From positions 64,001 through 128,000 of the IMG/VR virus record IMGVR_UViG_3300045738_001212: a stretch of DNA of 64,000 nt. One strand, written 5' to 3'. A program made the position numbers and the translations under genes. Positions 56,583 through 64,000 of this stretch are shown here, piece by piece. Origin of the DNA: a virus. Each line of letters opens with the position of its first letter. The stretch's first letter is position 1. The notes below the pieces were generated by a model, which was given only the letters and a program-made list of their open reading frames with translations, was not told the DNA's origin and searched no databases.

Positions 56583-57549
56583 AAATAAAAAATATCTATC
56601 AGCTTCTAGAATCAAGACCTTAGAGTCCTGTTCTTGGCTGTATTGGTGTCATTATCATTTAAAGATTCCCCAAGGGGGGAACTCTGGCATGTGGATGGGT
56701 AGCGTTTGTCACTTGGTTCTGGAGTTATTACTACTACCCAAGCACAAAAAACATTACGATCTAATTACCGAAGCCAAAACGATAGAAGCTTCGAAGCCCA
56801 TCCAGAGGCTGGTCATAAAGCACCTTAAGTCGTATGGAATATACGAGGACGAGTTCTATAAGATGGTTGACAAGATGCTAGTCATCGGTCTCAACCAAGA
56901 CTTCTTTGTAGAGGGGGCTGAACTGGAAGAGCCAGAAATTGAATTTGATATAGAAAGCGAAGACCCAGAATATAGAATCTATGGGTTCATTGACAAAGCT
57001 GCTCGGTTCGAGAAAGAAAAGAAAATTGTTATCTCTGACTACAAGAGTAGCAAAAAGAAATTTACCGGAGAAGGATTAGACTCTAATGTGCAAGCGTTAA
57101 TGTACAGCTTGGTAGCTAAGAAGATGTGGCCGAAGCTGAAACCTGTCGTTGAATTTATTTTTTTAAGATTTCCGAGAGCCCCCATTCAAAAACTAGAGTT
57201 CAGCGACGATGCCCTGAAGGGGTTTGAGTATTATCTTGAGGCAATGTTTAAGAGGGTGACAGAGTTTAGTGAGAAGGACGCCGCTTCAGATTTCGCAGCA
57301 GTAAAACCCAAGCCTTCTGACGGGGGGTGGGGTGGGTGTCTCAACTGCGGGTTTGCTCGATACGAAGGGCACTTGAAAAAAGACGGCAACCCCATGTGGC
57401 ACTGTCCATATAAGTTTAGCTTTGATTACTATGCGCTGAAGGATAAGGAAGGAGAAATGGTTAAAACGAACCTAGAGAACGTCTTTACCCCGAAAGAGGG
57501 CCAAAAGGTGGTAAGGATGAAGTACAAGGGGTGCCCACATTTTTCTTGA
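56575..57549 (+). CDS. PD-(D/E)XK Cas4/RecB-like nuclease
   Basis: LSASRI....C, G...H, GFID, DYKS, Q...Y, C-terminal Cys cluster. Confidence 0.85.
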   Translation: MSKNKKYLSASRIKTLESCSWLYWCHYHLKIPQGGNSGMWMGSVCHLVLELLLLPKHKKHYDLITEAKTIEASKPIQRLVIKHLKSYGIYEDEFYKMVDKMLVIGLNQDFFVEGAELEEPEIEFDIESEDPEYRIYGFIDKAARFEKEKKIVISDYKSSKKKFTGEGLDSNVQALMYSLVAKKMWPKLKPVVEFIFLRFPRAPIQKLEFSDDALKGFEYYLEAMFKRVTEFSEKDAASDFAAVKPKPSDGGWGGCLNCGFARYEGHLKKDGNPMWHCPYKFSFDYYALKDKEGEMVKTNLENVFTPKEGQKVVRMKYKGCPHFS

Positions 57550-57580
57550 CACAGGCCAGAAACATGGTATAATCTTACCT

Positions 57581-58936
57581 GTGACCGAATGTATTCCATT
57601 ATTTAAGTCTCACTATTCGCTAGGGAGGTCTATCCTTACTTTGAATAGCCCCGGAGAACACGCTGATGAATCTCCGGTCTCAATTTTCGATATCCTTATT
57701 GAGAATAAAATCGAAGAGCTCTTCCTCTTAGAAGATTCTTTCGGAGGCTTCCTGCAAGCGCACCAAAATTGTAAGGAGAATAATATCAAACTTAACTTCG
57801 GGTTAAGGTTTAATTTTCTATGTGACGTTAAAGAAAAAAATGAAGAAGCCCTTAAGTCTAGGTGCAAATATTCCATCTTCGCCAAGAATAACGAGGGCTA
57901 CAAGCGGCTTGTAAAAATCTGGAGCCTCGCAGCGAAAGAGGGCTTTTATTATACACCTAATCTTGACTTTAAAGTCTTACGGGACTTTTGGAATGACGAC
58001 GACTTATTGATGTGCGTACCGTTCTACGACTCGTTCTTACACAGGAACACCCTAGAGGGTGCTGTCTGCATACCCGACTTTGAATACTGTAAGCCTGTAC
58101 TTTTTTTAGAAGATAATGATGTTCCATTTGATTACCTTATAAGGGACAGGGTAGAAGCCTACGCTAAATCTTCCGGTCTCCTTACTCAAGAAGTGAAAAG
58201 CATTTTCTACAAAGGAAAGAAAGACTTCATGGCTTATCTTACGTTTAAATGCGTTAACAAAAGGTCCACGTTAGACAGGCCCAACATGGACCATATGTGC
58301 AGTGATGAATTTTGCTTCGAAAGCTGGGCGAAACAAAAGAAGCTAAAGGTTGCTGACGACAAACCCAAAAAAAAAGTCGCTGTTCCTAAGAAGGAGAAAG
58401 ACAATGTGATAGTTCTGACAAAAGAACAACAGAAATACGCAAACCAAATCGGAGCTAAACGACAAAAATATAACGAATCTATAAACAAAAAAGATGCTTA
58501 CGGCTTTAAAGGCAACGGAGAAAAAATTCACATACAAGGAGCAAGAGCAGAACTGTCCGTATCCCTAATTCTAAAGCAAGATTGGACAGATTTTAAGAAG
58601 AACTATACGTCCATAATGGCTGATGTTGGAAAGAATATTCAAGTTAGAAGCACTAATTACAGAGAGGGTAACCTTTTGGTCCACCCGAAAGACAAGGATG
58701 ATCAGGTTTTTGTTTTGGTGAAATCTCATAACTATCCAGAGATGGAAATTTCTGGTTGGATTCTGGGCAAGGACGCCAAAAGAAAAGAGTTTTGGGAGGA
58801 TGGTACTAACTGGCCCAAGTTTAAGGGGCGAGCTTGCTATCGGTTCCCTTATGAAAGACTAAATCCGATTACAACTTTAGAATCACTGGGTGTAATTACA
58901 AAGAAGGCTGAAGGAATCGGGGGTACCCATGCGTGA
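57581..58936 (+). CDS. stand-alone PHP domain of Pol III alpha fused to an extra C-terminal domain
   Basis: SHYS..S, AKNNEGYKRL, FYY.P..D; Lys-rich linker, then a second domain; TTGACA-16-TATAAT promoter. Confidence 0.75.
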   Translation: MTECIPLFKSHYSLGRSILTLNSPGEHADESPVSIFDILIENKIEELFLLEDSFGGFLQAHQNCKENNIKLNFGLRFNFLCDVKEKNEEALKSRCKYSIFAKNNEGYKRLVKIWSLAAKEGFYYTPNLDFKVLRDFWNDDDLLMCVPFYDSFLHRNTLEGAVCIPDFEYCKPVLFLEDNDVPFDYLIRDRVEAYAKSSGLLTQEVKSIFYKGKKDFMAYLTFKCVNKRSTLDRPNMDHMCSDEFCFESWAKQKKLKVADDKPKKKVAVPKKEKDNVIVLTKEQQKYANQIGAKRQKYNESINKKDAYGFKGNGEKIHIQGARAELSVSLILKQDWTDFKKNYTSIMADVGKNIQVRSTNYREGNLLVHPKDKDDQVFVLVKSHNYPEMEISGWILGKDAKRKEFWEDGTNWPKFKGRACYRFPYERLNPITTLESLGVITKKAEGIGGTHA

Positions 58937-59570
58937 GCACCTACTTAGATTCGACAAGTCTAAGACTTATGTATTCATAGATTGCGAGACGTTCAACCTG
59001 TGTCTAAACAAGGTCTATAATCTTCCTTGGCAAATAGCGATGATCAAGGCTGTTGCTGGTAAAAAAATTGCCGAAAAGAACTTCTATATTAAATGGAAAA
59101 CAGACCTGAAAATAGGAGACGAAGCCGCTAGGATTACCCGCTATAGCCAAAAAACGATGGACGAGAAGGGCATCTCTCCAGAAGAAGCTTTCCCCACGAT
59201 ACGAGACTGGTTGGATAACTCTGATTGGATAATCGCTCATAACATGCTGGGGTTTGATCTTTACCTAATAAAGGACTATTACAGGCTGAATAACCTTGAT
59301 TATAAGCACCTGATGCCCAAGATTCTTGACACCAACTCCCTCGCTAAGGGTGTTAAGCTTGACATCCCCTACAAGGAGGATGAGGGGTCTTTAATTGAGT
59401 ACCAGTATAGGATGACCAATATGCGTAAAAAGGGCGTTAGAACGAACCTGATGGCCTTGGGGAGGGACTATGACATCGAACATGACAGCGACAAACTCCA
59501 CGATGCTATAGTAGATTTGGAACTTAATCTGAAAGTCTGGAACAAGCTAAAATGGCAGATAGAAATATAA
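58929..59570 (+). CDS. DEDDh 3'-5' exonuclease (DnaQ-like)
   Basis: DCET, AHN..GFD, HDAIVD. Confidence 0.88.
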   Translation: MREHLLRFDKSKTYVFIDCETFNLCLNKVYNLPWQIAMIKAVAGKKIAEKNFYIKWKTDLKIGDEAARITRYSQKTMDEKGISPEEAFPTIRDWLDNSDWIIAHNMLGFDLYLIKDYYRLNNLDYKHLMPKILDTNSLAKGVKLDIPYKEDEGSLIEYQYRMTNMRKKGVRTNLMALGRDYDIEHDSDKLHDAIVDLELNLKVWNKLKWQIEI

Positions 59571-62128
59571 ATTTTAAGTCTCACTTTAAAGGCATTGATC
59601 TACCTATTCATGGGGTTCGTTTACCTCGGTTCGAGATAGAGAAGAAGTTCAAAAGAGAGCTCGGGGTAAGTGAAGATATTAGTAACTATGACTTCTTACG
59701 TTCATTAGCTAACGCTGGATTTAAAAATTTAAAAATAAATAAAAAAAGTAAGAAATACAAACTCTATGCCGAAAGAGCGAAGCACGAAATAGACACCCTA
59801 GAAGACTTGGGATTTGTTGACTATGTGCTTTTAGTTTGGGACGTAATTAACTACTGCAAGCGTAGTGATATACCGACAGGTCTCGGGCGGGGCAGTGCTG
59901 CTGGAAGCCTTATCCTTTATTTAATTGGAGTGACCAAGGTTGACCCAATTGAGTACGGCCTTTATTTCGAGAGATTTATTTCAAAAATTAGAGCGAAGAA
60001 GCAGGTCGTTGACGGCATCACTTATCTTGATGGTTCGCTAATGTGTGATGTCGATTTAGACATTTGTTATTACAATCGTGGTAAGGTTATCGATTACCTT
60101 GAAGAAAAGTTTAAAGGGAGGACTTCTAAAATTATAACCTTCAACACCCTTAGTGGGAAGCTGTGCATGAAGGAATGCGGGAAGATTGTAGGGGGGAAGA
60201 CCGAACAAGAAATGAGCCTTGTGTCTTCAATGATACCTAAAGTCTTTGGTAAGGTGAAAGACATAGAAGAAGCGAACGAAGAAGTTCCCGAGTTTAAAGA
60301 GTGGTGCGACAAAAACAGGCGGGCCTACAAGATAGCCTTGAACCTTAGAGGCTTAATCAAAAACAAAGGAGTTCACCCATCGGCCCTTTCCTTATCGTAT
60401 GAAGACATGGAGGACAGTTGTCCCACAGAATTTTCATCAGACAAAGCTTCCATCTCGTCTTTCGACATGAACTGGACCTCGATTTCCAATGTTAAGCTAG
60501 ACTTGCTGGGACTAAGGTCCGTATCGGTAATCGATGACGTTTGCAAAAGTGTTAAAATTAAAATAGAAGACATTAATCCTAACAGCAAATTTATATACAG
60601 GCACCTTCAAGATTTAAGAACGCCTCATGGCTTATTTCAAATTGAAGCCGATACAAACTATGGGGTTTGTAGGAAGGTGATGCCCAAGAATCTTGAAGAA
60701 CTAAGCGCGGTACTAGCCCTTGCTCGTCCCGGAGCATTAGCTTTCGTTAACCAATACGCAAACTACTCAAACAACGGGGTGAAAGAATCCATACACCCAT
60801 TCTTTGATGACATTTTGGCGTCAACTGGTGGTGTTTGTTTATATCAAGAGCAGATGATGCAAATGGCTCACAAGGTTGGGTTCACGCTTGACGAAGCTGA
60901 AATTCTACGTCGTATCGTGGGCAAAAAGAAAGTTACTGAGGTACGCAAGTGGAAGAAGAAAATTAAAAACAAAATCACAGAGAAGAAGCTCGATTCTGAG
61001 ATCGGTAAAATCCTCTGGAAAATCCTTGAGGATTCAGCCAACTACTCTTTCAATAAGTCCCATTCTATTTCATACGCCGCGCTTGCCGCGACGACGATTT
61101 ATCTTAAGTTCAAATACCCTATGGAATTTTTCTTAAGCCTGTTGCGTATGACCAGACACGAACCAGACCCGATTAACGAAATTTCCAAAATCCAGAAAGA
61201 GATGCACAACTTTAATATAAAGTTACTGCCTCCTCATATCACAAAATCACGGATGGATTTTATGTCTGAAGGCGAAGATATTCGATTCGGACTACTCTCG
61301 ATTAAGGGAATTTCAGATAAGTCTATAGAAAAACTAAACAGGTTTAAAAGAGACACCTCCACAAAGTTCGAGGTATTCGAGGCGGCAAACGAAGCCAACC
61401 TAACGATTGGTATACTGTGTGCGCTTATTCAAGCGGGGGCTTTTCAGGGGTTTGTGCAATCCAGAACCAAGATAGCATACGAAGCTCAACTTTGGAATGT
61501 CCTTACCCAAAAAGAAAAGAAGCTCTGCATAAGCCTATCTAAAGAACACAGGCACGATCTGGTTGCCGTTCTTAAAGACATCTTAGGCAAGAAAAACGAA
61601 AAAGGGAAACCCCTTATTAAGCCTTCTCGTTTTGAGACTATCCAAAGAAAATCTCAACCTTACAAGGAAATTTTTAACAAGAACAGGTACTCTGAAAGCT
61701 TTGCGAATTGGTACTACGAAAATCATTTACTAGGATACACCTACGGAAAGACCCTCAAGGATATTTTCGCTAAAGAAAGACCCAACTTGCTTTCCCTTAG
61801 CTCAGTCAACGCCAGAACTAAGGGGGCAGAGGTAGAGTTTATTGCTCCCGTTGGGAGTAAGCCAGCCACGCGCATGTCTAGAAACGGCAACCGTTATCTT
61901 GTCATGGAAGTCCAAGACGAAACAGATAGAACGAAGGTAATGATATTCGGTGACAGACTGGATGGGTGCGAAGAAACGAACGGAGGTCTTCCTCAAGAAA
62001 AGAACATTGTGATAGTCACGGGGCAGAAACAAGATGACAACACGGTCTTTGCCAACTCCATCACTATCCAGACAAATAAAATTTACACCCGCTATTCTGA
62101 AATAGAATCAGAAAGAAAACTTAAGTAG
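59552..62128 (+). CDS. dnaE: DNA polymerase III alpha (family C) lacking the N-terminal PHP domain
   Basis: GRGSAAGSL, FERF, DVDLD, KLDLLGL, YQEQ, YSFNKSH, OB fold. Confidence 0.93.
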   Translation: MADRNINFKSHFKGIDLPIHGVRLPRFEIEKKFKRELGVSEDISNYDFLRSLANAGFKNLKINKKSKKYKLYAERAKHEIDTLEDLGFVDYVLLVWDVINYCKRSDIPTGLGRGSAAGSLILYLIGVTKVDPIEYGLYFERFISKIRAKKQVVDGITYLDGSLMCDVDLDICYYNRGKVIDYLEEKFKGRTSKIITFNTLSGKLCMKECGKIVGGKTEQEMSLVSSMIPKVFGKVKDIEEANEEVPEFKEWCDKNRRAYKIALNLRGLIKNKGVHPSALSLSYEDMEDSCPTEFSSDKASISSFDMNWTSISNVKLDLLGLRSVSVIDDVCKSVKIKIEDINPNSKFIYRHLQDLRTPHGLFQIEADTNYGVCRKVMPKNLEELSAVLALARPGALAFVNQYANYSNNGVKESIHPFFDDILASTGGVCLYQEQMMQMAHKVGFTLDEAEILRRIVGKKKVTEVRKWKKKIKNKITEKKLDSEIGKILWKILEDSANYSFNKSHSISYAALAATTIYLKFKYPMEFFLSLLRMTRHEPDPINEISKIQKEMHNFNIKLLPPHITKSRMDFMSEGEDIRFGLLSIKGISDKSIEKLNRFKRDTSTKFEVFEAANEANLTIGILCALIQAGAFQGFVQSRTKIAYEAQLWNVLTQKEKKLCISLSKEHRHDLVAVLKDILGKKNEKGKPLIKPSRFETIQRKSQPYKEIFNKNRYSESFANWYYENHLLGYTYGKTLKDIFAKERPNLLSLSSVNARTKGAEVEFIAPVGSKPATRMSRNGNRYLVMEVQDETDRTKVMIFGDRLDGCEETNGGLPQEKNIVIVTGQKQDDNTVFANSITIQTNKIYTRYSEIESERKLK

Positions 62129-63998
62129 ACGAGCCGATAGGAACCGACCCCCCCGCTTCGTCAGGCGGTCTTAGAATCGTCTTTTCGGCTGACACGATTC
62201 CTTGTTCAATGTCATTGACGGTTGTTCCTTTCGGGACCACATATCCTCCTCCGGGGAAAAAGTTATGTCCGACTTCGCCTCTTCGCATCCACTCTCTATT
62301 TATTGTGGGGTCGGTAACTACGCCATCGTAAAACATCCAATGCTGGGTTACCACGTAGTGTCTTTGCGTGAAGATACTAGTGTCGTCGTTAGCCGTGGGT
62401 TGTCCAGCGGCAGCAGAACAAAGTAAAGCACTGACCGGATAAGTTTGAGAGTCGCTAGTCGGCAAACTTTCCCAAGATAATAAGTGGCCATTAAAATGAT
62501 GAAGATCGCTTATGGTTGGCCACAAATATCTATTGTAATAATAGGGAGCCCCCCTATATAAGTCATGATAGTTATGCATCCCGCTACCCATCGTTACCAA
62601 TTCATTAGCTCTTACCTGCATCCTTGAAGGAGCAAAGAGGATGTCTTTCGTTACGGGGGCAAAGTCTGGATTAAACAGGCCGAATTGGGCTTCGTATGCA
62701 TCACCAGTCGGGAATGTAACCCCATCTCTCTTGATTACTTCTGAGGCGTAGTGAGGGTAGTCCAAGTCATTTAGGTCAGGGTCTTCTGATACGTCTTCCA
62801 TCACGATACCCTCGGTATATATCGAAGCCTCCTGTTGATGTTGGTATTGCAGGTATCCCGAGACTTGACACGCTCCGCTTTGTTCCATTGCGAAATAAGA
62901 ATCTACAGGCATTCTTCCAAGTCCATCTATTTTTATGTCTGTGATTAGAATTTTTATTCTTGATGTCTCTTTCCATCCCGATACGGGTATTAAAAGACTA
63001 GCGTCCGTTGGGTCTGGCGTCGTAGGCGTTGGAGCGCAAAGGCTTATCTCAACCCCTTGGAAACTTGCGTTAGGCTGTCCGGTCTCGGCGGAACCATGCA
63101 CACCACATGTCCAAGATACCCCATTGGGCAGATGATTCGAGCCATCACCGGGGCACGGCCATTGGAGGGTGGCATTATCCACGGCGAGTGCCCAACATGA
63201 TGCTTTCGAGTAATCGTAATGATTAGGGATATCATCCTTATTTCCAATCAACCAGTGCGTATTGCCACCGGGCACATCTGTACGTCCGAACATACTGACT
63301 CCATTTTCTGAGTCCACCATGTCCCACTCTGTCTGTGAATAATTGAGGTAATCATAAGCGAGTCTCCAGTATCCATTAAGCGATTCATCTTCAAAGCCAA
63401 CAGACTTCAAACATCCAGCGCAACTTCCGGGTATGAATTCAGGAGTGGTAGAAGTAGTGGTAGTAGGGGGGGTGGGATCGACAGTGGTTCCCACCGCTCC
63501 TCCGACAGCTATCCTTGCTCCGTGTTCGAGTAGTGTTTCCCACCGAGTCCCGCCAGCATGAGATTTATAGGCCCACGGTTGGGTTGGTTTTTCAAACACG
63601 ATACCATCTGCGATGGGGAACGCCCCCTCGAAAGAAAGTGTTTTTTCGTCTATCCATGATTCCTTAAACAACTCGATAGGCTTATTGTTTGGGTTTCCGT
63701 ATACCGCCTCTACTCCCTCTGGCAACTCCTCCATCCCTACGCGAGCAATTTGGTCTGTTCCAGTCAAGTAACACAAGACTACCTGCTTGGCCCAGCCCAT
63801 TCCTGCCAACGAACCACCACCCCCGTCATACATGGACATCTCACCTATCGTCCCCACTCCGGTTGGATCATAGACTCTCCCCTCTGTGTCCTCTGATACG
63901 TAGTCGGGTGCCCTAATGTGTATATCGACTTCAGTTGGTCGAATATTAAATAAGTATACCCTTGATTCCGCTTCTCTTAGGGTAGGATATTCGTCGAA
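62121..63998 (-). CDS. large low-Lys protein, probably virion structural; 5' end lies beyond the window
   Basis: frame stays open from 63857 to the window end; Pro/Thr-rich linkers, Cys/Trp/Gly-rich. Confidence 0.55.
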   Translation of the reverse strand, partial: FDEYPTLREAESRVYLFNIRPTEVDIHIRAPDYVSEDTEGRVYDPTGVGTIGEMSMYDGGGGSLAGMGWAKQVVLCYLTGTDQIARVGMEELPEGVEAVYGNPNNKPIELFKESWIDEKTLSFEGAFPIADGIVFEKPTQPWAYKSHAGGTRWETLLEHGARIAVGGAVGTTVDPTPPTTTTSTTPEFIPGSCAGCLKSVGFEDESLNGYWRLAYDYLNYSQTEWDMVDSENGVSMFGRTDVPGGNTHWLIGNKDDIPNHYDYSKASCWALAVDNATLQWPCPGDGSNHLPNGVSWTCGVHGSAETGQPNASFQGVEISLCAPTPTTPDPTDASLLIPVSGWKETSRIKILITDIKIDGLGRMPVDSYFAMEQSGACQVSGYLQYQHQQEASIYTEGIVMEDVSEDPDLNDLDYPHYASEVIKRDGVTFPTGDAYEAQFGLFNPDFAPVTKDILFAPSRMQVRANELVTMGSGMHNYHDLYRGAPYYYNRYLWPTISDLHHFNGHLLSWESLPTSDSQTYPVSALLCSAAAGQPTANDDTSIFTQRHYVVTQHWMFYDGVVTDPTINREWMRRGEVGHNFFPGGGYVVPKGTTVNDIEQGIVSAEKTILRPPDEAGGSVPIGSST

Positions 63999-64000
63999 GT

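Noticed and set aside
56575-57549. Cas4-like nuclease as the spacer-acquisition module
   Set aside because: It lies in the replication operon about 38 kb away, such nucleases are common in phages, and nothing links it to the arrays
1-64000. Stop-codon reassignment, as seen in some large phages
   Set aside because: Conserved genes (nrdA, dnaE, dnaB) are full length in the standard code and no suppressor tRNA is present

Overview
A 64-kb segment of a large (jumbo-type) dsDNA bacteriophage genome. It is gene-dense, mostly minus-strand to about 42.2 kb and plus-strand after that. A PVC-superphylum (Verrucomicrobia-like) host is a tentative inference from the host-like ferredoxin, AcpS and sigma factors. 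The window holds a replication block (RecA/UvsX, DnaB, Toprim primase, Cas4/RecB-like nuclease, split PHP + DnaQ + DnaE polymerase), nucleotide metabolism genes (nrdAB, thyX, guaC, dCMP deaminase, dNMP kinase), three sigma factors, a tmRNA, six tRNAs, and glycan/heptose and envelope genes. The standout is an apparently undescribed minimal CRISPR-like system with three parts. (1) A 492-aa TnpB/Cas12f-like RuvC protein with intact catalytic motifs (17130-18608, minus). (2) A promoter-driven ~170-nt structured leader upstream of it that carries short anti-repeats (tracr/scout-like). (3) About 29 copies of a 13-nt degenerate repeat (consensus GAGGATTACAACA on the minus strand, matching the 3' end of CRISPR repeats) separated by unique spacers and spread over four arrays (17+7+2+2 copies, plus one inside an ORF). 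One array sits directly behind the tmRNA 3' end. No cas1/cas2 or transposase is in the window. Several more structured ncRNA candidates, a GTGTAA promoter-like motif with leaderless genes, and small ORFs missed by the ORF track were also found. All calls are by eye from motifs; no database searches were run.
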